64,000 nt of DNA from an uncultured Acidobacteriota bacterium (GCA_963813325.1 CAWEYM010000002.1:70391-134390); one strand, 5' to 3'. Positions 1-9,086 are shown, counted from the first letter of the stretch. Numbers and translations: made by a program. The notes: generated from the letters alone by a model not told the origin.

Positions 1-566
1 TCGTCTCAACCCTGCTCGCCCCGTCGGCGGGCACCGTTCTGTACGGCACGACGACGGCGCATGACGCGGGCCCGGGCCTCAGGTCGCGGCTCGGCATGCT
101 CGGCCACGACCTCTACCTCTATCCCGAACTGACCGCGCGCGAAAACCTCGAGTTCTTCGGCCGGCTCTATGCCCTCGACGGTGTGAGCGAGCGCGTGGAT
201 CGGGCCCTGGCGCGCGCCGGGTTGAGCGAGCGGGGCACCGACGCGGTGTCCGGGTTCTCGCGCGGCATGCGCCAGCGGCTGGCGCTCGAGCGCGCTCTGC
301 TCCACGGACCCAGGCTGCTGCTGCTCGACGAGCCGTTCACCGGCCTGGACGACGCATCGGGGCAGGCGCTGGTGGCGCGGCTGAAGGAACTCCGGGACGA
401 CGGGGCGATTATCCTCGTCGCGACCCACGACCTGGACCTCGCGGAAGGGCTGCTCGACACGGTTGCGGTGCTCCGCGATGGGCGGTTGCTGCTGGTCGAG
501 CCCACCGCCGGCACTCTCCGGGAACGGTACCGCTCCGCGGTGGCCGCCGTCCCGCGCGCCTCGTAG
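1..566 (+). CDS. ccmA: Heme ABC exporter ATP-binding protein CcmA, 5' end outside the window
   Basis: The reading frame is open from the window edge (frame starting at nt 3). It carries an ABC signature-like FSRGMRQRLALERAL, Walker B LLLLDEP and H-loop ATHD. It is immediately followed by ccmB and ccmC. Confidence 0.85.
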   Translation, partial: VSTLLAPSAGTVLYGTTTAHDAGPGLRSRLGMLGHDLYLYPELTARENLEFFGRLYALDGVSERVDRALARAGLSERGTDAVSGFSRGMRQRLALERALLHGPRLLLLDEPFTGLDDASGQALVARLKELRDDGAIILVATHDLDLAEGLLDTVAVLRDGRLLLVEPTAGTLRERYRSAVAAVPRAS

Positions 567-575
567 GAGCATCTG

Positions 576-1259
576 GTGGCGCAGTTCTTCCGGGTGGCGT
601 GGGTGGTGATGCGCAAGGACCTCACGGTCGAGGTGCGCAGCCGGGAGGTCATCTACACGACCGTGTTCTTCGCCGTGTCGTGCGTGCTCGTGTTCGCGTT
701 CGCCCTCGTGAAGGAGGGGCGCCCGCTCGAGGACGCCGCCGCCGGCATCCTGTGGATCGCGATTTCCTTTGCCGGGACGCTCGGGCTGGGCCGGACCTTC
801 GAGCGCGAACGCCACACGGAGACCCTGCGGGCCCTGATGCTCGCGCCGTCGGAACGTCCCGCGATCTACGTCGGCAAGCTGCTGGGCATCGTCAGCCTCC
901 TGCTCGTGGTGGAGGCCATCCTGGTGCCGCTCGTCGGGCTGCTGTTCTCGGCGCCCGTCTTTGCCGAGCCGCTCTGGCTGGCCGTCTTGCTCGTTGCCGG
1001 CACGATCGGATTCTCGAGCGTCGGGACGCTGTTCGCGGCGATGCTCATCAAGGCGCGGAGCCGGGACGTGCTGCTGCCGGTGCTGCTGTATCCGATTACC
1101 GTCCCGGTGATCATCGCCGGCGTGCGCGGGACGATGGCGCTGCTGCAGGCGACGCCAGACGTCCCGATGGCGCGCTTCTGGGCGGCGCTCCTCGTGTTCT
1201 TCGACGTCGTGTTCGTGACCTTGTCGCTGTGGACGTTCGAGCCGCTCATGACAGAATAG
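576..1259 (+). CDS. ccmB: Heme exporter permease CcmB
   Basis: 227-aa polytopic membrane protein located between ccmA and ccmC. The N-terminus MAQFFRVAWVVMRKDLTVEVRSRE is typical of CcmB. Its stop TAG lies inside the first unit of the heptamer array. Confidence 0.85.
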   Translation: MAQFFRVAWVVMRKDLTVEVRSREVIYTTVFFAVSCVLVFAFALVKEGRPLEDAAAGILWIAISFAGTLGLGRTFERERHTETLRALMLAPSERPAIYVGKLLGIVSLLLVVEAILVPLVGLLFSAPVFAEPLWLAVLLVAGTIGFSSVGTLFAAMLIKARSRDVLLPVLLYPITVPVIIAGVRGTMALLQATPDVPMARFWAALLVFFDVVFVTLSLWTFEPLMTE

Positions 1260-1297
1260 GTTATAGGGAATAGGTTATAGGGGATAGGGGATAGGGA
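1256..1297 (+). repeat. Six in-phase heptamer units: ATAGGTT ATAGGGA ATAGGTT ATAGGGG ATAGGGG ATAGGGA
   Basis: Read directly from the sequence. The array is AT-rich relative to its surroundings. The same units occur in reverse complement at 30724-30793. Confidence 0.95.
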
Positions 1298-1304
1298 TTC
1301 GTGA

Positions 1305-1336
1305 GCCGTTTGCCGTTCGCCGCTGATTCGCCGTTC
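1305..1336 (+). repeat. Short GCCGTTY heptad cluster (GCCGTTT GCCGTTC GCCGCTG..GCCGTTC)
   Basis: Read directly from the sequence. The related words GCCGTTCGCC and GCCGTTCGCCGTTCGCC recur at 2588-2622 in the next intergenic region. Confidence 0.7.
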
Positions 1337-1359
1337 GTCGTGTGTCGAGAGCCGCTGCC

Positions 1360-2016
1360 ATGAACAAAGCCTTCACTCCGTTGACTCTCGTCGCAATGGT
1401 GCTCTTCGTCACCGCTCCCGTGATGGTGGCCGGGGCGCCGACGGAAGCGACGATGGGGATGATCCAGAAGATCTTCTACTACCACGTGCCGGCCGCGATG
1501 GTGATGTTCCTGGCCACCTTCGTGTGCGGCGTGGCGAGCGGCGTCTTCCTCTTCAAGCGGAGCGCCGCCGCGGATCGGCTGGCGGTGTCGGCGGCCGAAC
1601 TGTCGGTCCTGTTCGGGGCCATCGTGCTCGTGACCGGCCCGCTCTGGGCCCGCAAGGCCTGGGGTGTCTGGTGGCAGTGGGATGCCCGCCTGACCTCGGT
1701 CCTCCTGCTCTGGATGATCTTCATCGCCTACCTGCTCGTGCGCCGGTACGGCGGACCGGGATCGGAAAAACTGGCCGCGGCCATGGCCATCTTCGGCATG
1801 GCGAACGTGCCGTTCGTCTACGTGTCGGTGAACTGGTGGCGGACGATTCACCCGAACACCAACGTCGTCCGGACGCTGGCGCCCGGCATGCGGGGCCCGT
1901 TCTGGTTCTGCGTGGTGTCGTTCCTGCTGCTGTTCGGCCTGCTGTTATGGCTGCGCACGCGGCTCGAAAACCAGCGGGCGCGAGTCGAACAACTGTACCT
2001 GGCGATGGATGAATAG
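1360..2016 (+). CDS. ccmC: Heme exporter / heme lyase component CcmC
   Basis: Contains the tryptophan-rich heme-handling motif WGVWWQWDARLTS and is a polytopic membrane protein. ATG at 1360; an alternative GTG lies at 1342. Confidence 0.9.
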   Translation: MNKAFTPLTLVAMVLFVTAPVMVAGAPTEATMGMIQKIFYYHVPAAMVMFLATFVCGVASGVFLFKRSAAADRLAVSAAELSVLFGAIVLVTGPLWARKAWGVWWQWDARLTSVLLLWMIFIAYLLVRRYGGPGSEKLAAAMAIFGMANVPFVYVSVNWWRTIHPNTNVVRTLAPGMRGPFWFCVVSFLLLFGLLLWLRTRLENQRARVEQLYLAMDE

Positions 2017-2064
2017 TTGAGACGGGTCGCGGCGCGGCCGGCTGGAGCGGGCGCCGCGGAGGTC

Positions 2065-2367
2065 ATGCGCAACATGCTGAACCGAGCCTTTCGTTATGTT
2101 CCCGCGTGGGCGTCGGCCGCCGTGCTGACCGCCGGTACGGCGTGGGCGTCGCAGCCCCCCTCCGGAAAAGGGGAGTTCGTGCCCGTGGGGTCGGCCCCCG
2201 CCATCGTGGAGTCGCTCCCCGCCGCACCGCTGCTGATTGCGGCCTACGCGTTCGTCTGGGTGGCCCTGCTGGGCTATGTCTGGTTCCTGTGGCGCCGTAT
2301 GAAGACGGTGCAGGACGAGATTCAGACGTTGGAACGGCGCGCCGGCCAGCGCGGCGGAGGCGCGTGA
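2065..2367 (+). CDS. CcmD-like small membrane protein (start uncertain: 2017, 2065 or 2074)
   Basis: The C-terminal TM plus basic/coiled tail LLIAAYAFVWVALLGYVWFLWRRMKTVQDEIQTLERR resembles alternative-type CcmD family proteins. It sits directly after ccmC. The N-terminus looks like a signal peptide. Confidence 0.55.
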   Translation: MRNMLNRAFRYVPAWASAAVLTAGTAWASQPPSGKGEFVPVGSAPAIVESLPAAPLLIAAYAFVWVALLGYVWFLWRRMKTVQDEIQTLERRAGQRGGGA

Positions 2368-2549
2368 TGGGTGAAATGGGCGCCGGTCACTTCATTTATA
2401 TCCCGACGCTTCTCGTGATCGGGATCGTGATCGGCTGGATTCTGGGATCGCGGGCCGCGCGCGACGCCTTCGCAGCGGAGTTGCGGCGGCGCGAAGAGGA
2501 TGCGGTCCGCAAGGCGGCGCGTGCGCAGAAGGCCGAGCGCCAGGGGTAG
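2367..2549 (+). CDS. Small single-TM hypothetical protein (60 aa)
   Basis: The ATG overlaps the preceding TGA (TGATG). It has a TM segment HFIYIPTLLVIGIVIGWILG followed by a charged tail. No family was recognised. Confidence 0.4.
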   Translation: MGEMGAGHFIYIPTLLVIGIVIGWILGSRAARDAFAAELRRREEDAVRKAARAQKAERQG

Positions 2550-2637
2550 AGCAGGGCCCTTCGCCGTGTGCCGCTGCCCGGCCGGAAGCCGTTCGCCCCT
2601 GCCAGGCCGTTCGCCGTTCGCCAGCCTTGCGCCGTGC

Positions 2638-3381
2638 CTACCGTCCGACGGCGAGCCGGTGAGCGAGCGCCGCAGGCAGCCCCGCCTCCAGGATCTTCGC
2701 CTGCGTCCGCTCCAGCGGGTAGTCCACGCGCACCAGCGTGAGTCGGCCCGCCCCGCTGTCGATCACCCCGAAACCGGCGCGCGGGTTCCCGTCCCGCGGC
2801 TGTCCCACCGACCCCACGTTGACCAGGTACTGGCTCGACGGATCGAACACGATGACGGTGTCGCCGAACGGTGCCACCTGGCAGATGTCGAGCTCCTGCT
2901 CCGTCAGGCGGTAGACCATGGCGCAGTGGGTGTGCGCGTAGAGGCACACCGGGCGCGAGGCGGCGCGAATGGCCCGGAGCGCGTCCAGTTCGTCGAAGAC
3001 GTAGGCGTCCTCATCGAAGGGCGTCCCGTGGCAAATCTCGAGGAGATCGTCCACGGCGACGGGACCCGCGGCGAGGGCCGAGAGGTAGGCCTTGTTCTCG
3101 GGCGTGAGGGCTTCGGCCGTCCACAGCGCGCCCTGGCGGGCCAGCGGATTGAACCCCTCCGCGTCCTCGTGCCCGCCAGCCACCTTGTCGTGGTTGCCGC
3201 GAACGGCCGCGAACGGGTGGAGCGATCGGAGCCGATCGATCACGGCGTTGGGCTCGGCGCCGTATCCCACCAGGTCGCCGAGCAGCAGGACCCGGTCCCA
3301 CGCGTACGGCTCAGCCGCGGCGAGCACCGCGTCCAGCGCGTCCAGGTTCGAATGGATATCGCTGAGAATCAGGTAGCGCAT
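2638..3381 (-). CDS. Metallophosphoesterase family protein
   Basis: Carries calcineurin-like motifs: LILSDIHSN, LLLGDLVGYG, VRGNHD and ICHGTP. Confidence 0.85.
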   Translation of the reverse strand: MRYLILSDIHSNLDALDAVLAAAEPYAWDRVLLLGDLVGYGAEPNAVIDRLRSLHPFAAVRGNHDKVAGGHEDAEGFNPLARQGALWTAEALTPENKAYLSALAAGPVAVDDLLEICHGTPFDEDAYVFDELDALRAIRAASRPVCLYAHTHCAMVYRLTEQELDICQVAPFGDTVIVFDPSSQYLVNVGSVGQPRDGNPRAGFGVIDSGAGRLTLVRVDYPLERTQAKILEAGLPAALAHRLAVGR

Positions 3382-3387
3382 CGCCTT

Positions 3388-3888
3388 CTATGCTCCCAGC
3401 CATTCCAGGATGTGCTCGACCAGTTCACCGATCGGCCTGCGCGAAGCGTCGACCCGCAAGTGCGAGAGCTGGTACGCCGCGCGCCGCACGTCATAGAGCA
3501 ACGCCAGCTGGGTCCGGTCGGCCGCGAGCGGGCGGCTGCCGTCGAGCGGGATCCTCGGGACGAGCTCCGCCAGCGGCACGTCGAGCCAGATCGCAGCCCC
3601 GTCGGCCTTGATGACCGCCCGGTTGTCGGGATCCGCGAACGTCCCGCCGCCCGTGGCGATCACCGCGTGGCGCTCCGCCACCAGGTCGAGCAGGACGGCG
3701 CGCTCTACGGCGCGGAAGTATGCTTCGCCATGCCGGGCGAAGATCTCCGAGACCCGCTGGCGCTCCCGGGCCTCGATGGTGTCGTCCACGTCGATCATCT
3801 GCCAGCCCAGCCGGGACGCGAGCGCCCGCCCGACCGACGTCTTGCCCGCTGCCATGAACCCGACGAGGTAGATCTTGTCCGTTCTCAC
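3388..3888 (-). CDS. aroK: Shikimate kinase
   Basis: Has Walker A GFMAAGKTSVG, a shikimate kinase-like core (IDVDD, ATGGG), and overlaps the aroA stop by 4 nt. Confidence 0.9.
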   Translation of the reverse strand: MRTDKIYLVGFMAAGKTSVGRALASRLGWQMIDVDDTIEARERQRVSEIFARHGEAYFRAVERAVLLDLVAERHAVIATGGGTFADPDNRAVIKADGAAIWLDVPLAELVPRIPLDGSRPLAADRTQLALLYDVRRAAYQLSHLRVDASRRPIGELVEHILEWLGA

Positions 3889-5201
3889 GACCGCAGGATC
3901 CCGAGCGTGTCGAAGAACCCCGGGTACGACACCGACACGGCATCGGCCCCGAGAATGGTGGATGAGGCGCGCGCCCCGAGGGCGGCGATCGAGAACGCCA
4001 TCGCCAGGCGGTGGTCCCCGGCGGCGTCGGCCGTGCCGCCCGCCAGCGGCTCACCGCTCTGAACCGTGAAACCGTCGTCGTACTCCTCGGCCGTGGCGCC
4101 GAGGGCGCGGAGCCCCGCCACCAGCGCCGCGATGCGGTCGCTTTCCTTGACCCGCAGTTCGCCGGCCCCCGTGACGGTGAGCGCGCCCCCAAAGGTCGCG
4201 AGCGCGGCGAGGGCGGGAATCTCGTCGATGAGCGCGGGGACGTCCGTCGGGTCGATCGTCGCCGGGCGCAGGGTGCCGTACCGCACGCGCATCGTGCCGG
4301 CGGGCTCCGGCTCGCCCGGATTGAGGATGGCCACGTCGACTTGCGCGCCCATGCGGGTGAGGACGTCGAGAAACGCGATCCGGGTCGGGTTGAGGCCCAC
4401 GTCATGAATCTCGACCTCTGACCCCGGCACCGCGGCAGCGGCCACGGCCCAGAATGCCGCGGAGGACGCGTCGCCCGGCACGCGCACCGTGGCGGGACGC
4501 AGCCGCTGGCCGCCGGCCACCCGGACGCGGGCCTGCGCGTCGATGTCGACCTCGGCGCCGAAGATCCGCAGGGCGAGCTCGGTGTGGTTCCTCGTCGGCA
4601 CCAGTTCGTGCACCGAGGTGATTCCCCGCGCGTGGAGCCCGGCCAGCAGCACCGCACTCTTGACCTGGGCGCTCGGCACGGCTGGATCGAACGCGATCGC
4701 CGACAGCGCGCCACCCGACACGGTCAGCGGCAGGCGGCCATCGTTCGATGTGATCCGCGCGCCCATGCGCTCGAGGGGTTCGATGACGCGGCGCATCGGG
4801 CGCCGTGAGAGGGAGGCGTCCCCGGTGAAGGTCGTGTCGAACCGGTGCCCGGCCAGGATCCCGCACAGCAGGCGGACCGTCGTCCCCGAGTTGCGGGCCT
4901 CAAGTGCGGCGGGCGCCGGGCGCAACGCCCCGACGCCGCGACCCTCGACGATCCAGGCGGTGCCGCCCGACACGTCCTCCCCGGCCGGCCGGACGGGGAC
5001 GCCCAGCGCGGCCAGGCACTCGCGCGTGGCCCGGCAGTCCTCACCTGGCGCCAGGTTGAAGAGGCGGGATTCGCCGTCCGCCAGGGCGGCGAGCATCAGG
5101 ACGCGATGCGAGATCGACTTGTCGCCGGGCACGCGGACGCGGCCATGCAGGCCCTCCCCGGGGCCGATCGGAGCAACCAGCGTGGATGCCACGGCTCGCA
5201 C
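3885..5201 (-). CDS. aroA: 3-phosphoshikimate 1-carboxyvinyltransferase (EPSP synthase)
   Basis: Contains PGDKSISHR, LMLAALADGES and a full-length EPSPS-like sequence. The ORF runs to 5300, but a GTG at 5201 or 5192 gives the canonical N-terminal length. Confidence 0.9.
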   Translation of the reverse strand: MRAVASTLVAPIGPGEGLHGRVRVPGDKSISHRVLMLAALADGESRLFNLAPGEDCRATRECLAALGVPVRPAGEDVSGGTAWIVEGRGVGALRPAPAALEARNSGTTVRLLCGILAGHRFDTTFTGDASLSRRPMRRVIEPLERMGARITSNDGRLPLTVSGGALSAIAFDPAVPSAQVKSAVLLAGLHARGITSVHELVPTRNHTELALRIFGAEVDIDAQARVRVAGGQRLRPATVRVPGDASSAAFWAVAAAAVPGSEVEIHDVGLNPTRIAFLDVLTRMGAQVDVAILNPGEPEPAGTMRVRYGTLRPATIDPTDVPALIDEIPALAALATFGGALTVTGAGELRVKESDRIAALVAGLRALGATAEEYDDGFTVQSGEPLAGGTADAAGDHRLAMAFSIAALGARASSTILGADAVSVSYPGFFDTLGILRS

Positions 5202-5331
5202 TATACCATCACCCTCGGCCCGATTGGCCGACCGGCCGGACGGCCTGGCGGCCGCAAGTTCCCGTTCGCTTGACCCTGGAATCTGGGCTATGTTATTCAA
5301 TCACGACTCGGGCATGTGTTCCGATACCAAC

Positions 5332-5781
5332 ATGGTCCTTCCCCAGCGCGGCGCCAGCGTCAGCCTCCAGTTCTGCAGCCGGTTCGAGATGCTCGATCTG
5401 GTCCAGTTCGTCAGCGACCACGTCGGCCGGATGCTGCAGCTCGAGGAAGACACTGTCGTCTGGATGGAGGTCGCCATCCGGGAGTCGGTCATCAACGCCA
5501 TCAAGCACGGGAACCGGCACGACATCGCCAAGCGCGTGTTCGTGGAGTTCACCGCGCTGCCGGTCGAGTCCCCGACCGAGCTGGTGATCAGGGTCAGGGA
5601 CCAGGGGCTGGGGTTCGACCCCGCGGCGCTGCCAGACCCGCTCGCGCCGGAGAACCTGCTCAAGTCGAGCGGGCGCGGGATCTTCTTCATGCGGAACTTC
5701 ATGGATGAAGTCGACATCCGCCGGGCCCCGGAAGGGGGCATGGAGGTCCGCATGGTGAAGAGGCTGCCGGCCGCAGGCTGA
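5332..5781 (+). CDS. Anti-sigma regulatory factor, RsbW/SpoIIAB-like Ser/Thr kinase (HATPase_c)
   Basis: Has an N-box-like AIRESVINAIKHGN and a G-box DQGLGFD..SGRGIFF. The start is uncertain (ATG at 5290, 5314 or 5332). Confidence 0.7.
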   Translation: MVLPQRGASVSLQFCSRFEMLDLVQFVSDHVGRMLQLEEDTVVWMEVAIRESVINAIKHGNRHDIAKRVFVEFTALPVESPTELVIRVRDQGLGFDPAALPDPLAPENLLKSSGRGIFFMRNFMDEVDIRRAPEGGMEVRMVKRLPAAG

Positions 5782-5800
5782 TCGAACCCTGCCACCTTCC

Positions 5801-6628
5801 ATGCTGCACGATCCCCGGTTCCTGGCGACCGCCATCGACATCGTCCTGCGGGCCGGCGCGATCCAGATGGCCCACCTCGGGCGCGCGATCCGCATCGACA
5901 AGAAGGGCGAGATCGACCTCGTCACCGAGGTGGACCTCGCGGTCGAAGCGATGTTCCGCCGCGTGGTTGCCGAGCGCTTCCCGTCCCACTCCGTGCTGGC
6001 GGAGGAACTCGGCGCCACCAGCGCGTCCGGCGGCGGCGGGCGCAGCGCGCACCGCTGGATTTTCGACCCCATCGATGGCACCACGAACTACGCGCACGGG
6101 CTGCCGATCTTCTGTGCGTCCCTGGCGCTCGAGATCGACGGGCGGGTCGATGTCGCGGCGGTGTACGACCCGTCGCGGGAGGAGTTGTTCACGGCGGAGC
6201 GCGGGGATGGATCCCGCCTGAACGGCTTGCCGCTGTCCGTGTCGCACACGGCCACGCTGATCGACGCGCTCCTCGTGACCGGCTTCCCCTACGACGTCCA
6301 CCAGGATTCAGATGATCTGATCGGGTTGTTCGCCGCGTTCATCGCGCGGGCGCGGGCCGTGCGACGGCTGGGCTCGGCGGCGCTCGACATGTGCTACGTC
6401 GCGGCCGGGCGCATGGACGCTTTCTGGGAGCAGCGGCTCAAGCCCTGGGACGTCGCGGCGGCCGCGCTCATCGTCGAGGAAGCCGGCGGGACCGTGTCGG
6501 GCGTGGACGGCCGCGCCTTCGACCTGCAGGCGGGCCACGTGCTGGCCTCCAACGGGGCCCTCCACGAGCAGATGCTCCTCACGATCGCCGGGTTCAAGGC
6601 CGATCGTTCACGAAACCGGACGCCCTGA
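5801..6628 (+). CDS. suhB: Inositol monophosphatase family protein
   Basis: Carries the motifs EELG, FDPIDGTTNYAHGLP and WDVAAAALIVEEAGG. Confidence 0.85.
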   Translation: MLHDPRFLATAIDIVLRAGAIQMAHLGRAIRIDKKGEIDLVTEVDLAVEAMFRRVVAERFPSHSVLAEELGATSASGGGGRSAHRWIFDPIDGTTNYAHGLPIFCASLALEIDGRVDVAAVYDPSREELFTAERGDGSRLNGLPLSVSHTATLIDALLVTGFPYDVHQDSDDLIGLFAAFIARARAVRRLGSAALDMCYVAAGRMDAFWEQRLKPWDVAAAALIVEEAGGTVSGVDGRAFDLQAGHVLASNGALHEQMLLTIAGFKADRSRNRTP

Positions 6629-6691
6629 CATCCGTCCCGGACAGCACAGCGGCCGGGCCCGCCGAATCGTTCGAAATCGGCCCGACGGCGG

Positions 6692-6707
6692 TGGCATCGT
6701 TCCTGCT
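6692..6707 (+). promoter_or_regulatory. Sigma-54-type promoter candidate TGGCATcgttcCTGCT
   Basis: GG and GC elements sit at canonical -24/-12 spacing (consensus TGGCAC-N5-TTGCW, 2 mismatches). It lies about 115 nt upstream of the OMP start. Confidence 0.35.
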
Positions 6708-6820
6708 ACCAGAACGGCCATGCGGGCAGCGCGACGCGGCCGTGCGGTCGGCCGGCGACCAGGCTGGTCCGCCCTGCTCCTGCGGCGTTATCCTGTTATC
6801 AGCCCCGACTGGAGACAGCC

Positions 6821-7519
6821 ATGCTACGACGCATCTGGTGCGTATCGATCCTGACGTTCGGCACCCTTGCGCTTTCGAGCACGCCCGCGCGGGCGCAGCA
6901 ATCCGTGACCTTCAACTTCGGCTATTTCGCCGTGAGAGGTGAGGACTCGCGGGTCGCTGGCGATGTGCTGTTCGAGAACCGGAACTACCTGTTCTTCGCG
7001 GTGAAGGACTTTTCCGGCGCCACCTTCGGCGGGGAATACCTGGTGAACATCGGCGATTTCCTCGAGGCCGGCGCCGGCGTCAACTACTACGCCCGCACGG
7101 TTCCCAGCGTGTACGACCAGTGGGTGAACAGCGACGGGTCGGAGATCCAGCAGGATCTGCGCCTGCGGGTCGTCCCCATCTCCGCGACGGTGAGGGTCCT
7201 GCTGCTGGGGCGGCACGCGCCGGTGCAGCCGTACGTGGGAGGCGGCGTCGGCCTCTTCCGGTGGCGGTACTCGGAGACGGGCGACTTCGTGGACTTCACC
7301 GATGGCAGCGTGTTCCGGAGCCGGTACGAGGCCCAGGGCACCGCGGTCGGGCCCGTGGCGGTCTTCGGGGTGCGGTTTGTCGGCGGCCGGCACCTGGGGC
7401 TCGGCCTGGAGGTCCGCTACCAGAAGGCGGAAGGCAAGCTGGACGCGACGCAGTTCTACGGCGACCGCATCGACCTGGGCGGGTTCAATACGCTGGGGAC
7501 GATTCAGGTGAGGTTCTGA
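6821..7519 (+). CDS. Outer-membrane beta-barrel protein
   Basis: Has the signal peptide MLRRIWCVSILTFGTLALSSTPARAQQ, alternating beta-strand pattern and a C-terminal aromatic residue (..IQVRF). Confidence 0.7.
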   Translation: MLRRIWCVSILTFGTLALSSTPARAQQSVTFNFGYFAVRGEDSRVAGDVLFENRNYLFFAVKDFSGATFGGEYLVNIGDFLEAGAGVNYYARTVPSVYDQWVNSDGSEIQQDLRLRVVPISATVRVLLLGRHAPVQPYVGGGVGLFRWRYSETGDFVDFTDGSVFRSRYEAQGTAVGPVAVFGVRFVGGRHLGLGLEVRYQKAEGKLDATQFYGDRIDLGGFNTLGTIQVRF

Positions 7520-9062
7520 CGCGCCGGTAGAGCGCAACGCCGCCGCCCTCGGCGACGCGTGCGAATCCGTGCAGGAAGCCGGGGCGCTGCCTGGCCAGCT
7601 GGGCCAGCATGTCGCCCCCTTCCGCCTGCTCCTCGACCAGGATCCAGCCCACGTGCGGGTACGGGCTCACGAGCGCAGCCTGCCAGATGTCACCATTGCC
7701 CTCGTGCAGGAAGTCCCGGATCGCGAAGCCCTCGAGTGAGAGTTCCTGCATGTAGTGGGCGAGCGATCCCATGCTGGCCATGATCGGCTGGCGGTCGTAG
7801 CTCCCCACGAGCGCCGCCGTCACGGCGGCGCGTCCCAGCCGATTGGGCCTGTCCCACTGCGCCTCGAGCACCATCGGGGCACGTTGATCGAGCGGGCGCG
7901 GGCCCAGGGCCAGTGCCGCCGCCGCGAGCGCGCCGGCCACGAACCGCGCGCGCCCGGCGAGGCCGATGCCGAGGCCGAGCGCGATGCCCATCGCGGGGAT
8001 CAGCGGGATCATGTAGCGAATCCGGAACGGGTGTCCCTCGTAGAACGCGTACCAGGGCAGCGTCCCCGCGGCCAGCAGCGCGAGCGGCACGAGGGTCAGG
8101 CCCCGCTTCGCGCGCATCGCCACCGCCGCGACGACCGCCAGGACCCCGCCCGCGGCGAGCAGCAGCGGGGGATAGCTGGTCAGTTCGTGCACGCCCCACC
8201 AGACCGACACCAGCGCGCGCGCGGGCCGGCCCATGGCGAGGTTCTCCGGCACGAAGAAGCCCGACTGCACGAACCACGATCCGACGGTGGCCCGGCCCAG
8301 GATCAGGAACCCCGCGATGGCGGCAGCCGGGTACACCGCCATCCGCCAGATCCGCGACAGCGCGATCCGCCACGGCACGCGTTCCAGCAACAACCCCACG
8401 AACCCAAGGCCGAAGATCGCCGCCGTGACGGGCCAGGCCTCGTAGCGTGTCAGGCACGCGGCCGCCATCGCGAGGCCGGCCAGGCGCACGTGGCGCGACG
8501 ACCCGTCGGCGAGCCCCTTGATGCCCCACCACACGGCGAGCATCGTCAACGCCATGAGCAGAGGCTCTGTCATCGGCGTCGCCTGGAGGTACAGGACATC
8601 CGGACTGAGGGCGATCGCCAGGACGGCCGCCGCCGCGGCCACGCGCGACCCCGAGGCCCAGAGGACGATGCGCGCCATCAGGAACACCGTCGCCGCGAAC
8701 TCCACGACCGACATGGCGATCGCGAACGCACCGGTCCGGTAGAACACGTCCACCTGGACGGGGATCATCCCGAGCAGGTGCGGCAACGGGAGCCACACGG
8801 CGCCGATCTGCACCCATCCAGGTGTGATGCTGTCGATGATGCGCCTGGCCACGACCAGGTGCGCCTTGGCGTCGTAGTGACTCAAGGCCAGACCGGCGCG
8901 CGAGTAATACACGGCGACCGCCGCTCCCGCGACACCGGCCGCCACCGCCAGCAGGGCGGGCAGCAGCCGCGCGGAACCGAGTGAGAAGCCGGCGAAGCGG
9001 GCGGGTCGCGGTTGGCGCGGGCGGTCGGCTATAATTGGCAGGTTTCCCCGATGGTGATCCAC
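7485..9062 (-). CDS. Polytopic GT-C-type (ArnT/PMT-like) membrane glycosyltransferase, putative
   Basis: Has about 10 or more predicted TM segments, an early loop motif SHYDAKAHLVVARRI and a C-terminal soluble domain. Its 3' end overlaps the convergent OMP gene by 35 nt. Family assignment is by general architecture only. Confidence 0.55.
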   Translation of the reverse strand: MDHHRGNLPIIADRPRQPRPARFAGFSLGSARLLPALLAVAAGVAGAAVAVYYSRAGLALSHYDAKAHLVVARRIIDSITPGWVQIGAVWLPLPHLLGMIPVQVDVFYRTGAFAIAMSVVEFAATVFLMARIVLWASGSRVAAAAAVLAIALSPDVLYLQATPMTEPLLMALTMLAVWWGIKGLADGSSRHVRLAGLAMAAACLTRYEAWPVTAAIFGLGFVGLLLERVPWRIALSRIWRMAVYPAAAIAGFLILGRATVGSWFVQSGFFVPENLAMGRPARALVSVWWGVHELTSYPPLLLAAGGVLAVVAAVAMRAKRGLTLVPLALLAAGTLPWYAFYEGHPFRIRYMIPLIPAMGIALGLGIGLAGRARFVAGALAAAALALGPRPLDQRAPMVLEAQWDRPNRLGRAAVTAALVGSYDRQPIMASMGSLAHYMQELSLEGFAIRDFLHEGNGDIWQAALVSPYPHVGWILVEEQAEGGDMLAQLARQRPGFLHGFARVAEGGGVALYRRVRTSPESSPAY

Positions 9063-9086
9063 GGTGTCTCGTTGGCTGCGTGTAAC

